IMG/VR virus record: IMGVR_UViG_3300029998_000597
Reading direction: 5' to 3' (one strand)
Source: a virus
Taxonomy: Duplodnaviria > Caudoviricetes
DNA length: 64,000 nucleotides
Shown here: piece after piece, positions 26,529-36,513 of the stretch
Numbering within the stretch: the first letter of the stretch is position 1
Layout of the letters: every line of letters begins with the position of its first letter
Translations under genes and position numbers: made by a program
Notes under the pieces: generated by a model
Databases searched by the model: none
Seen by the model: only the letters and a program-made list of their open reading frames with translations
What the model was told of the DNA's origin: nothing

Positions 26529-26611
26529 GCCTACATAGCGAAGTGGTCAAACGCGGCTGACTGTAAATCAGCTCTCTTACGAGTTCGGAGGTTCAAATCC
26601 TTCTGTGGGCA
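26529..26611 (+). tRNA. trnY: tRNA-Tyr(GTA)
   Basis: GCCTACA/TGTGGGC, GCTGA-CTGTAAA-TCAGC, variable arm. Confidence 0.9.
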
Positions 26612-26613
26612 CT

Positions 26614-26688
26614 GTGTTGTTAGTACAATTGGAGTAGTACGCTAGTTTGTGATTCTGGAGAATAGGGTTCGAGTCCCTGCAACACCCA
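26614..26688 (+). tRNA. trnH: tRNA-His(GTG), appears one nucleotide short at the acceptor/T-stem junction
   Basis: GTGTTG/CAACAC, GTAC/GTAC D-stem, GTG anticodon, GGGTTCGAGTCCC. Confidence 0.75.
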
Positions 26689-26757
26689 TGTAATAAAATT
26701 AAATTAACTTTTTGTACAATATCTCAAAATAAAATTTCAAAAAACAAATGTTTTTTT

Positions 26758-26791
26758 AATCCTGTTAGTATTTATATTGACAGGATTTTTT
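26758..26791 (+). terminator. Hairpin ending the tRNA array; loop contains TATTTATA
   Basis: AATCCTGTTA-GTATTTATAT-TGACAGGATT followed by T-run. Confidence 0.6.
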
Positions 26792-27325
26792 TATAAAATA
26801 CTCTAAATAACCAATTAAAAAAAATGTGAATATATGTTTAAAATACAATGTGCTGGTTGTTTGAGAGATTTTGATATAATTGAAACTAAACGTATTGGTA
26901 AATATAGATATTGCCAGGATTGTCAAAAATATATTGTAGATAAATTGGTTAATAAAAGTAATGGTAATTCTGATAACGTTTAATATAATGGTACAAATAT
27001 GGTGTTTTTGAATGATATATCATACATTATGACCGATTTTTTATTTTAGTGAATGAAATAACCAACATTAAATAAATTAACTTATGTTTTTAGATATTCT
27101 TTTAGGTGTTTTAGTTATTATTGGTATAATAATATATTTAGTTATCGATTATTCGAAATTTTGCGATGAAAAATAACCTAAAAACTCTATTTATTTAAAA
27201 TTATATGAATTGTAACGATGTAATATGTAGTTGTGGTCAGGGTAAAAATAGGACTCCTGATAATTTAATATGGAAAGATGGACTCCCATACTGTCCTAAT
27301 TGTAATAATTTTTAAAAACGTTAAT

Positions 27326-27739
27326 ATGACAAAAATAAAAGTTAAAGAAAGTGTTTTACGGAATATGATAAAAGAAGCATTATTGAAAGAATATAATAAT
27401 AATTATCATGATATAAGGCCAGGTAGTTTAGGAAATCATTCTGGTGGAGAAAGTAGTATAAATTCCGTACCACAGACTAATGATTTAAACATAGTCGATA
27501 TGGGTTATGCAAGTCCAGAAAAAAGGCAGCAATGGAAATCTATGGGACGTGTGCCGAACGTAGAATTTTATCCAGGAAAAGATCCCATTAAAATGAGTGC
27601 TCATATGCGCCATTTAAAAAGTTTATACGGGGGTAGAATTGAATTTTTTGCTTATAATAATGGAACGTATGTTTTTTTTAAGTTTGATGGAAAACCAGAA
27701 TATTTAAAACCCGCATCTTTAAATTCAGAATATAAATAA
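27326..27739 (+). CDS. Hypothetical protein with KIKVKESVLRNMIKEALLKE N-terminus (putative head internal protein)
   Basis: Start at MTKIKV preferred over 27278; motif shared with 8072..8614. Confidence 0.5.
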   Translation: MTKIKVKESVLRNMIKEALLKEYNNNYHDIRPGSLGNHSGGESSINSVPQTNDLNIVDMGYASPEKRQQWKSMGRVPNVEFYPGKDPIKMSAHMRHLKSLYGGRIEFFAYNNGTYVFFKFDGKPEYLKPASLNSEYK

Positions 27740-27849
27740 TATGGTTAAATGTTGTTTATGTACATCAACGAATGTTGTAACTACAGTTAATTATAACCAC
27801 TATTGTAAAACATGTTATGATAATAATTTTAAATTAATAACATATTAAA

Positions 27850-27890
27850 AAAATGGCTACTGAAATCTAAAATTTTCGGTAGCCATTTTT
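27850..27890. terminator. Bidirectional intrinsic terminator
   Basis: AAAATGGCTAC...GTAGCCATTTT. Confidence 0.7.
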
Positions 27891-29025
27891 ATTTATTTTG
27901 AATATCATGTGTTAATATTCCATATTCAGTAATATATGAATTATCTGGACTATCAGTTAAAATACCAACTACATCTCCGAATCCGACTGATTCTATATTT
28001 TTAATATATCTGCCAACTTTATATTTTTCAGGAGTATAATAAATATCAGCTTTTCTTTTTATTCTAAAAGGGTTTATTCCAGCTGGCATTTTAATGTTTA
28101 AACGGTAAGCTCTTCTACATAAATGTTTAACTCCATCTTTGGTATATGAACCTATTTTTGATTTCATTCTAACTATTCCACCTAAGCTATGCACAATTTC
28201 AGCAACATCGTTAGCTAATTGTTCTGATACTGTTGAATATTCTGTACCGCCAAACGACCCATTTTTTCGATGACTAATAACACAATAACCATCCGTGTCC
28301 ATTAACCCTTGAAGCATTGAGATTCTATTTTCAATACTTGAATATTTATAAATATCAGGGATAAATTTATCCCATGACCTGTGTTCGTTTAACCCTATTC
28401 CAGTAAGTTTTATTTCCGTGTCCGAAATAGCGCCAAATCTAATATTAGGTCTCTTAACATTTGTTTTTAGTTCATTAATAGTTATATCTTCAAATAGTTC
28501 ATCGTAATCATCTTTATGGACAGCAAATTTTATTTGATTATGTGAAAAATGGCCATCTCCAAGTCCTAAACCCAATAAATATGGTTCTATAGGTAAATTA
28601 TTAAAATTATTAAAACCTATTGGTTTTACAATCGGTATCTGCCATCTTGGGGATTTATCTTTATGTTTAAAATAAGTACCAAATTCATACTCCCTAATTT
28701 TAGAATTACCATTTTGTTGCTTCTGTTTTAATATTAAATCTTTATCCAACATTTGTTTTGTGGTTAATAAAAAAATTTTATTTTTTCTATTTGTATGATT
28801 TTCTCCACTATTACTTGAATACAATGTACACAAATGTTCTCCGTCAACAATTAATGAATAACCATCATTAAAAGTTATTTTAAAAAGTTCTACGTTCGTT
28901 TCTGAATGTACTTCCATTACGTTACAATAACTACCATTATTACCAACTATTTTATCACCAATATTAACATCACCAATTCTTTTTCTTCCATTTAATGTAA
29001 ATAATTTATTTTCAATAAACTCCAT
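27889..29025 (-). CDS. Stand-alone intein-like protein (Hint domain plus LAGLIDADG endonuclease) without exteins
   Basis: FTLNGRKRIGDVNIGDKIVG (block A-like), VDGEHL (block B), PYLLGLGLGDG and RISMLQGLMDTDG (LAGLIDADG motifs), SEQLANDVAEIVHSLGG (block H), GILTHD (block G-like). Confidence 0.8.
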   Translation of the reverse strand: MEFIENKLFTLNGRKRIGDVNIGDKIVGNNGSYCNVMEVHSETNVELFKITFNDGYSLIVDGEHLCTLYSSNSGENHTNRKNKIFLLTTKQMLDKDLILKQKQQNGNSKIREYEFGTYFKHKDKSPRWQIPIVKPIGFNNFNNLPIEPYLLGLGLGDGHFSHNQIKFAVHKDDYDELFEDITINELKTNVKRPNIRFGAISDTEIKLTGIGLNEHRSWDKFIPDIYKYSSIENRISMLQGLMDTDGYCVISHRKNGSFGGTEYSTVSEQLANDVAEIVHSLGGIVRMKSKIGSYTKDGVKHLCRRAYRLNIKMPAGINPFRIKRKADIYYTPEKYKVGRYIKNIESVGFGDVVGILTDSPDNSYITEYGILTHDIQNK

Positions 29026-29220
29026 TTTTAAGTTCTTTTTAACTCTTTATTTTTTCGTACAAAAAAATCTGGTCCAGAATAATAATGAAGCTACTACCTT
29101 TCATTAAATATCTAAACCAGATTCCTATATTTCTATAACCAAGTAGTAGTTGGGTTTATTAATAAATAGTGTGAATATTTATTTTTTCACCAATTCTACT
29201 TAATTATTTTCAATAAATTT

Positions 29221-31137
29221 TTATTTATCTTCTTCTTTTTTTACAATTGTATTAATTACTATTTCTTTTTTTATTACATTTTCCCACATATCTTCAGATA
29301 TTGTATTTCTAAATAATTGATAATAAATATGACATAAATGCTTTTGACCAATCCTCACGACTCTATCTTGTATCTGAGAATTATTAGCTGGAATCCACGA
29401 GTATGAGTTGAAAAGACATATATGACTGGAAATTAATGTCAGTCCGACACCCGCAGATTCTATATTTCCTAAAAAGACCATTATTTCAGGGTCTTCCATA
29501 AACTTTCGTTCTGCTTCATCCTTTTTCTTTTGTGTCATACCTCCTTTATATATCACACATTTTTTTCCGAAATATTTTTGTAATTCAAAAATTTCATCAT
29601 TAAATGCACAGGCAATTAACACCTTCTCTCCTTTTAAAATGAATGAATCTGCTAATTTTTTAGTATTTTCAATCATATATCGTGAGATAGCCATTCGCAT
29701 TAAAATACCCTCAGTCAAATCTTGATTGAATTCAGTTTTACCTAACTCTCTCTGACTTGTTTCATATTCATTCCATAGTTGTGAATATTCAATTTCTTGT
29801 TCTGGTGATAAATCATAATAAACTTCGTGAATTTCCTTCCCCATCATTCCTGGGATCATATCTTTTAATCTTCTTAAATATACATTTTTTGTTTTTTCAA
29901 ATAATTCTTTCAAATTTGAATTACCAGAAGTTATCCATAGTTTTTTTGCATATTTATCAATATAATCAACTAAATCATCTTTTTCCTTAAATGTAAGATC
30001 AAACCAACTATTTTTTCTTTTAGAATCTAAAAACATATTTGTGAGACGCTCTTTTTCTCCTTTTCTACAAATTTGATGTCCATCACAATATCTCTCAATA
30101 AATGATTGCCATTGGTCTGTAACTGGATGAAAAATAAGTTTTAGAATATTCATATAGTTAATTGGAGATTTTGTTATAATAGTTCCAGTTAATAACCAAA
30201 TATTCTCTAAATTACTTCGTTTTAAATAATCATATATTGATTCATATCTAATAGAAGTATCCTTTGATATTTTATGTACTTCATCTATGATTACTAAATC
30301 AAAATTTTCTTTTAAAAAATTACTCTTAGCTAATGCTATATCAACAATGGTTTTTTTCCTTGAAATTTTACCATTTTCTTTTGGTACTATATGATGCCTA
30401 TCAATAATATCATAATTAATAATTGTATATCTTTTATTTGAAATCCAATTATCACCATCAATAACACAAATATCATCTTCTGAAATAAACGTTTGTAATT
30501 GTTTTTGCCATCCTCTAACTCCTTTTAAAGACGCTGGGCATATAATTAAAACTTTTTTAAAATCACCTGATATTGAGGCTACTATACTACTTAAGCTTTT
30601 TCCCAAACCCATATCGTCGGCTAAAATACATCGTTTTCTTGATCTTAAAAATTTTACTGCTGTTTTTTGGTGCTCATAAAGTTCCTTATCTTCCAATGCA
30701 AGTACTTTATTAAATTCACTGAAATCAACTTCTAATTTTTCAAAATCTTCAATAAACAAATCATCCAATAAATCTTTCTTAGGTATAAAGCACATAATCG
30801 GCTTCACCTGATTATGTTTGTAATTAACATTACAATGATAATGATTATCCGTTTCTCCCAGTAAGGTTACCACTTGTAATTTATTTACTTTGTGGTCATA
30901 TTTCCAGTCGGCAGCTTTTTTTTCACCAAACTCTTCCGTTATTTTTACAATTTTATTAATTTCAATTGATTGAAACTCGTAGTTTTTCAAAATATAATTT
31001 AATTCAAAATCGCTAGCTACCTGTGTTTTTTTTATTAAAACTGAATTTTTTATCATTTTGATATAAGGGTTTGAATCAGAATATGATTCTAATATATCAA
31101 GTGCTAATTTATTATTCTTAATTGATAATTTTGACAT
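29221..31137 (-). CDS. SNF2-family (HARP/SMARCAL1-like) helicase/annealing protein
   Basis: LADDMGLGKS, VIIDEVH, WLLTGT, GVGLTL, QIQDRVVRIGQ; early promoter at 31162-31192 (minus). Confidence 0.88.
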   Translation of the reverse strand: MSKLSIKNNKLALDILESYSDSNPYIKMIKNSVLIKKTQVASDFELNYILKNYEFQSIEINKIVKITEEFGEKKAADWKYDHKVNKLQVVTLLGETDNHYHCNVNYKHNQVKPIMCFIPKKDLLDDLFIEDFEKLEVDFSEFNKVLALEDKELYEHQKTAVKFLRSRKRCILADDMGLGKSLSSIVASISGDFKKVLIICPASLKGVRGWQKQLQTFISEDDICVIDGDNWISNKRYTIINYDIIDRHHIVPKENGKISRKKTIVDIALAKSNFLKENFDLVIIDEVHKISKDTSIRYESIYDYLKRSNLENIWLLTGTIITKSPINYMNILKLIFHPVTDQWQSFIERYCDGHQICRKGEKERLTNMFLDSKRKNSWFDLTFKEKDDLVDYIDKYAKKLWITSGNSNLKELFEKTKNVYLRRLKDMIPGMMGKEIHEVYYDLSPEQEIEYSQLWNEYETSQRELGKTEFNQDLTEGILMRMAISRYMIENTKKLADSFILKGEKVLIACAFNDEIFELQKYFGKKCVIYKGGMTQKKKDEAERKFMEDPEIMVFLGNIESAGVGLTLISSHICLFNSYSWIPANNSQIQDRVVRIGQKHLCHIYYQLFRNTISEDMWENVIKKEIVINTIVKKEEDK

Positions 31138-31239
31138 CTACCGTATATTATTTAATTTAATCAAATATACTTTTTTTTTATTTAATAAACAAGTTTTTTT
31201 TTAATTATTTGATATTTATAATAAAAATAACATATCTAG

Positions 31240-31752
31240 ATGGATATCCCGCAAATTTCAAAAAAAATAAACGATTACTATGGTTCTATTATAGAACCAA
31301 ATCCATCTACCATTAATCACGATGCTGATATTTTTCCATTTACAAGGGCTGAAAAAATAAAATTAGAATCACTTTATAGTACTAAATCAATTGCATCAAC
31401 TATTATTAAAGAGGTACCGATTGGACTTATTAATAACGATAATGATACATTTACACTAAGTCGTGTACCTATAAATACAGATTTTTTAACTGTTTATGTT
31501 AATGGTATTAAAAGAGATGTTATTTCACTAACTAAAAATAAGTTTTCAATTGGATTTGCTCCTCTTCTAGGAAGTAAAATAGATGTAATTTATTTTATAA
31601 CAACAACAGTGGTAGACCCATCAATAACTAATTTAAATTTAGATAGATTAACAAATTTTTATAATGCATATATGTTAACAAATAACGTTCTAGTAGATAA
31701 TACTAATGATGTTATTACTGACAGTAGTGGAGAGTTAATTTTTACAACATAA
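31240..31752 (+). CDS. Virion structural protein (small beta-sandwich, TFTL...P......VYVNG)
   Basis: First gene of a late-motif-led tail-fibre cluster; TATTTATA at 31214-31221. Confidence 0.45.
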   Translation: MDIPQISKKINDYYGSIIEPNPSTINHDADIFPFTRAEKIKLESLYSTKSIASTIIKEVPIGLINNDNDTFTLSRVPINTDFLTVYVNGIKRDVISLTKNKFSIGFAPLLGSKIDVIYFITTTVVDPSITNLNLDRLTNFYNAYMLTNNVLVDNTNDVITDSSGELIFTT

Positions 31753-31778
31753 TAAATAAAATAATAAATAAAAATAAT

Positions 31779-33299
31779 ATGTCAAAATTAAGTGATTTTA
31801 TCGCAACTAGCATTAACGATATAGATAAAACAAAGTTAGTACCTCTTTCGTTACTGGATGGAATTGGTAATAGTATTGAAGTAATAACCAGCTCTCAATA
31901 TAAAGACCCATTAATTGACACTACCATAATTACATTTTCCACGAATGGTCTAATGTATGGTTTACCTAATGCTATTGGAATTGAAGGTAAAAAAGTAATT
32001 ATTAAACCATTATCAGATATTGTAAAATCAATATTTATTAGTACTACTACAGTAGATGCTGGTGATACATTTCAAAAGATTGATGGTATAGATAAATTTG
32101 GAGCTGGATGGGAATTTACAAAACAGACAATTCTTATATCAGATGGTGCAAATTGGTGGACTATTTCAGATGCTAGTAATCTTATAATACCTAAACAATT
32201 AGAGGGTACTAATTATATAGTCGTGTATGGGAAAGGAACTCCTACAGAAAATGGTTTAGAATTACAGGCTGCTTATGATGATGCTAAAAAGCTTCCGAGA
32301 TATTTAGGTACTCTTATAAGTCAACCTGGAAATTATTATAAAGGACAAACATTTTTTCATGGTGGAGCTGAGGAATATAGAAGAGTATTAATAGATTTAA
32401 TTAATTCTACATACCCTCCTAATGTAGAAGGTTACTTTGAAATAATTACTGAAGCACAAGCAAAAGCTCTTCCTCATATAAATGTTATTGTAGCTCCTGG
32501 TACTTATAATATGGAGAGTATTCCATTACAACTTTCTGCAGAATCTATTAATTTAGTGTCATTAACAGGTAATTCTGATGTAGTAATAGACCTAATGGGT
32601 GTTGATATAAATGTTAATGATATTTATGTAAAAGGAATATATTTTGCAGGAGCAGTTAATTTATCATCAATACATGATAAACTTATTCTTGAAAATTGTG
32701 AAAGTGCTGGTTCCATAGGACCTAGCTCATTCCAAGGATTAGCTATAAATTGTATAGGTAGTCAAGATTCTTTTGGAGCAGATTATGGTACACTAACAGG
32801 AACATTGAGGGGATGTACACTTAGGTCGGGAACATTTATAACTCCAACAGGAAATGGTAAAATTATAGATTGTATTGATGGTAATAATAATCTAATAAAT
32901 TATCCTGCTATTGGAGGAGTGTCTTTTAAATATACTAAAGAAACATTACTTGCAGCAATAGCAGCAGGAGTTAATGTTATGGGCGAGAATTTAGTCGGAT
33001 TAATACTAGACAACTCTAATTTAGATGGTGCTGATTTAACTGGTATAAATTTAATTGGTGGTACCTTAGAAAATGCAAGTTTGATTGGAACTATATTAAT
33101 TGGTGCTCATTTATCGCCAGGTGTTATAATGGGGGCGAAACTTAATGGTGCGATTTTAACTGGTGTTATTGGATTAAATTCCTCTATAGATGTTGCACTT
33201 TTAAATACAGTGAAAGTTAGCAATGTTACTAACGTAACTTGGACTGATGGATTTCCATACACATACAATGGTACAACCTGGACACAAGACGTTGCATAA
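31779..33299 (+). CDS. Tail fibre-like protein with C-terminal pentapeptide repeats
   Basis: SNLDG ADLTG INLIG GTLEN ASLIG TILIG AHLSP ... AKLNG AILTG; central beta-helix-like region. Confidence 0.55.
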   Translation: MSKLSDFIATSINDIDKTKLVPLSLLDGIGNSIEVITSSQYKDPLIDTTIITFSTNGLMYGLPNAIGIEGKKVIIKPLSDIVKSIFISTTTVDAGDTFQKIDGIDKFGAGWEFTKQTILISDGANWWTISDASNLIIPKQLEGTNYIVVYGKGTPTENGLELQAAYDDAKKLPRYLGTLISQPGNYYKGQTFFHGGAEEYRRVLIDLINSTYPPNVEGYFEIITEAQAKALPHINVIVAPGTYNMESIPLQLSAESINLVSLTGNSDVVIDLMGVDINVNDIYVKGIYFAGAVNLSSIHDKLILENCESAGSIGPSSFQGLAINCIGSQDSFGADYGTLTGTLRGCTLRSGTFITPTGNGKIIDCIDGNNNLINYPAIGGVSFKYTKETLLAAIAAGVNVMGENLVGLILDNSNLDGADLTGINLIGGTLENASLIGTILIGAHLSPGVIMGAKLNGAILTGVIGLNSSIDVALLNTVKVSNVTNVTWTDGFPYTYNGTTWTQDVA

Positions 33300-33301
33300 T
33301 C

Positions 33302-35992
33302 ATGGAACAAGCAATTATAAATATCGAGGATGATCTGATTGATGGCAAATCTCTTGTTAAAAGAGATGAGCTGAACGCTTATGAACCTAAACACGTAGGT
33401 CCTGACCCCGTACACCCAGGTATAATCACGACTATTGTAACGGAATTCAATCTCACACTCCGTAAAGTAAATACAGTTTATAAAAATGGATGGATTCAGA
33501 TATCACATACTTCACAATTAAATACAGGAAAAGAAGTAACAGATGTAACGCTCAGGGTTAATTCTATTACTGGAACTAAAACCCTTGAGCCTGTAATTAA
33601 TTATCCATCAGCTGAAACATGGAACGGACAACCTTATGTGGGTTTTTTGCTTAAAGATTCTGACGGATTACTTTCTGAAACAAATGATTGGGACATTGCA
33701 ACTTTATCGTACAACATAAAAACAAATAATGACACCAATCCCAAGTACGACGGAACTAAACAGGTTTTAGGAAATGGTGTTATTTCAGACCATAACAGTA
33801 TTGTAGATACGGCACACTCAAACTGGACACTGCATGCATGGTGGGATACAGTATATCCTGAATTTAAAGGAGTAAGGATTCAATCCGAACAAAATGTTCT
33901 TACTAATTATGGAGGAGTAGCACCAAACTTTACTCCAACACTCGCAACTAAAACAGGATGTGAGCTTATTTTACGTCCATATACAGGAGCTTCGTATAGT
34001 GAAAATCCTGGTTCTAATGCCAATCTTTTTACCGTTGGTGCACATGGTGGAAATCTGTACAATGGTGAAACAGTTGGAGCGAGAAAAAATAACGGGTTTG
34101 TCCCTGATACTGATTTAAGTGAGAATTACAGGCCTGAATTTTTCTTTGATAACTTAGTATTAGTTAGTGCATGTAAAGAGGAAGGAACTACCTTAGAACA
34201 AGCCCCTACTCAATGGAACTCTACTCATGGATATGGATGTGAATTTTATGAGAAATTAAATCAACAAAGCCCTACAACTGCTGTAGTGGGTGCTAAAATG
34301 AAAAAGATTAAAGACTTGACAGGCTGTAATTGGTCAATAGTTAGATTAGCATGTAGAAAGACTGCGAGCACAACTACAATGGCTGTAATAGATGATAAAA
34401 AGATATATACCTACCATTGGAATCAGTACATGGGTTTCGGGATTATTGATGTAGATGCTGCAATTGCGTATATAAATGAGAATTATAAATCACAAGCCTA
34501 TCGTGATATGCTTGCTGATGATTTAGAGGGAAACAGAGGACTTGCAAGCGAATTACAATACGAAGATTTGCTTCCAAATTCTCCTGTTGCAAAACGGATG
34601 ATTGAGGATAAACTTTCAAATGTTGATTTCCTGAATTTTCCTGTTGTGAACCCTACAATTATAGGCGGGATTTCTATTTCAGAGAATACTGTACCGTTTA
34701 AAGTTGTTGCCGATAAAACGATTGGATTTAAAACTATTGATGGAGCGGTTAAATATGGATTAGAAGTTAGTCCTGAGGTTTTGGTTGGTGGTACGATGTT
34801 GAGTATTCCAAAGAGTGCAAAAAGTTTGGCGGTAGGATATCCAGTAGGAGAGAATTTGGTTCCAAATAGTTTAATAAATCAAACATTCAGTGGCGATTCA
34901 ACTACTAATGCATCAAGAATTATAAATCTGATAGCTGGAAAAACTTACACGCTTAGTGTTAATTTGAAGTTATCCAACATAGGTTCAAGTGTAGATATAT
35001 ATCTTCATAATAACGATTGGACATTCTCACTGAATATAAGCTATAGAACAGAGATTGTTGATACTATTAAAACAATAGCAGTTAGCGTTCCGACAACAGG
35101 GGTTTATAATTTAGATGATTTTGTCATCTCAGGAAGTAATACTCTAAATTGGTATAAGCTTGAGGAGGGTTCTGTTGCGACCCCTAATATATTAGACGTA
35201 AACTCAAAAACACTCGGAATTTCAGGCTCTTTAAATTTATCTGAATTAAAAGAACTGGAAACTTTAAACGTTGCGAATAACGCAATTACCGAGGTATCGG
35301 TCGATAATTCGAAAGGATTAAAAACTATGGATGTAAGTAATACGGATGTAGAATCATTGAAACTTATTAATCTAAAGGATTTTACTTATTTAAATGCAAA
35401 TAGATGTACTAAATTAATTACTCTGTTTTGCGATTATGGGAATATATCATCCCTACTATTAAGTGGATGTATTAAACTATCTCAGCTAGTTTGTAAATTC
35501 AATAAGATAACTAGTTTAGATTTATCTGACTCAGCTCTGCTTACTCAAATTTACGCTAATAATAATAATCTTACTGATTTCTCACTTGTCGGATTATCAT
35601 CCCTTAGAGAGCTTTATTTAGATTTCAATTTACTAACTACTTTAGAGAAGCCAAATTCGACTATTCAATATCTTACTGCTTCGAGTAATCAGTTAGTAAC
35701 GCAGGATTTAAGTGGATTAAATCAATTAGTTGTTGCTGATTTTAGAAGTAATTTACTTACTTCGGTGGATGTAGCAGGATGTAGCTCTTTAACGGCTTTA
35801 AGATTGCAAAACAACTTGCTTTCTAAGGTCGAAATTGAAAGCATCATTGCACAGGTTACGGCAAGTGTAGGAAATAATACTAATGTGGACTACCCTAACA
35901 GATTGGAATTTATAGGTAATCCTGGATCTGTAGAGATGATAGAAACCGATTACGAGTTACATAACACCAAAGGGTGGATAATAAGTTTTTAA
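33302..35992 (+). CDS. Putative receptor-binding/tail protein with subtilase-like (S8) segment and C-terminal leucine-rich repeats
   Basis: LFTVGA, SPTTAVVGA, VRLACRKTA, MGFGIIDVDAAI; LRRs such as LETLNVANNAITEVSV, LRELYLDFNLLTTL. Confidence 0.55.
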   Translation: MEQAIINIEDDLIDGKSLVKRDELNAYEPKHVGPDPVHPGIITTIVTEFNLTLRKVNTVYKNGWIQISHTSQLNTGKEVTDVTLRVNSITGTKTLEPVINYPSAETWNGQPYVGFLLKDSDGLLSETNDWDIATLSYNIKTNNDTNPKYDGTKQVLGNGVISDHNSIVDTAHSNWTLHAWWDTVYPEFKGVRIQSEQNVLTNYGGVAPNFTPTLATKTGCELILRPYTGASYSENPGSNANLFTVGAHGGNLYNGETVGARKNNGFVPDTDLSENYRPEFFFDNLVLVSACKEEGTTLEQAPTQWNSTHGYGCEFYEKLNQQSPTTAVVGAKMKKIKDLTGCNWSIVRLACRKTASTTTMAVIDDKKIYTYHWNQYMGFGIIDVDAAIAYINENYKSQAYRDMLADDLEGNRGLASELQYEDLLPNSPVAKRMIEDKLSNVDFLNFPVVNPTIIGGISISENTVPFKVVADKTIGFKTIDGAVKYGLEVSPEVLVGGTMLSIPKSAKSLAVGYPVGENLVPNSLINQTFSGDSTTNASRIINLIAGKTYTLSVNLKLSNIGSSVDIYLHNNDWTFSLNISYRTEIVDTIKTIAVSVPTTGVYNLDDFVISGSNTLNWYKLEEGSVATPNILDVNSKTLGISGSLNLSELKELETLNVANNAITEVSVDNSKGLKTMDVSNTDVESLKLINLKDFTYLNANRCTKLITLFCDYGNISSLLLSGCIKLSQLVCKFNKITSLDLSDSALLTQIYANNNNLTDFSLVGLSSLRELYLDFNLLTTLEKPNSTIQYLTASSNQLVTQDLSGLNQLVVADFRSNLLTSVDVAGCSSLTALRLQNNLLSKVEIESIIAQVTASVGNNTNVDYPNRLEFIGNPGSVEMIETDYELHNTKGWIISF

Positions 35993-35999
35993 ATATATT

Positions 36000-36512
36000 A
36001 TGAAACATAAAAAAATTACACGTAATAGTCTTTTTTATTCTGAGTCTGATTTTTTATTTGATTCTGAAATGGGTGAAAACTATTTCAAGCAAGATATAAA
36101 TCAAACTATTACTTTGTTTAAAATAGATAGAGTTAAAACTGTATCTAGTAGGTGGGGTGAAACAACATCTGAGGGGGTTGTTTATAAGGAACCTGTTGAA
36201 TTGGTATGTCGTTATTTAATTGATAAAGCAAAAAATAAATCACACGATGGAACACAAAATTTAGGTCATTTTCAACAAATTGGTAATCTTAAAATAGATA
36301 TTTATATTAAAACATTGAAGGATAAAAATGTTGATATAGAATATGGTGATTACATTGGTGTTCAAATAACATCTGATCAAATGGAATATTTTGTTGTAAC
36401 GCAGGATGGTAGAACTGATTTTGATAATTTTCATACATTGTTTGGTACGCAATTACTTTATAAAACAATACTTTGTTCACCAGTCGATAAAAAAGAATTT
36501 TTAGGTAAATAA
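36000..36512 (+). CDS. Neck/head-closure protein (gp14-like)
   Basis: Position upstream of tail terminator and sheath; EMG..Y..QD....I.LF.ID pattern. Confidence 0.5.
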   Translation: MKHKKITRNSLFYSESDFLFDSEMGENYFKQDINQTITLFKIDRVKTVSSRWGETTSEGVVYKEPVELVCRYLIDKAKNKSHDGTQNLGHFQQIGNLKIDIYIKTLKDKNVDIEYGDYIGVQITSDQMEYFVVTQDGRTDFDNFHTLFGTQLLYKTILCSPVDKKEFLGK

Positions 36513-36513
36513 A

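Noticed and set aside
20455-26530. Group I introns or split tRNAs housing the endonucleases
   Set aside because: No matching 3' tRNA halves follow the ORFs and no group I core was recognised; the next elements are complete, different tRNA genes
26613-26688. tRNA-His lacking G-1, implying a phage Thg1
   Set aside because: The acceptor/T-stem register is ambiguous (one nucleotide short), so G26614 could itself be G-1; cannot be decided by eye
27255-27278. Hammerhead ribozyme core (CTGATAA...GAAA)
   Set aside because: The conserved CUGAnGA is not matched and no stem II forms
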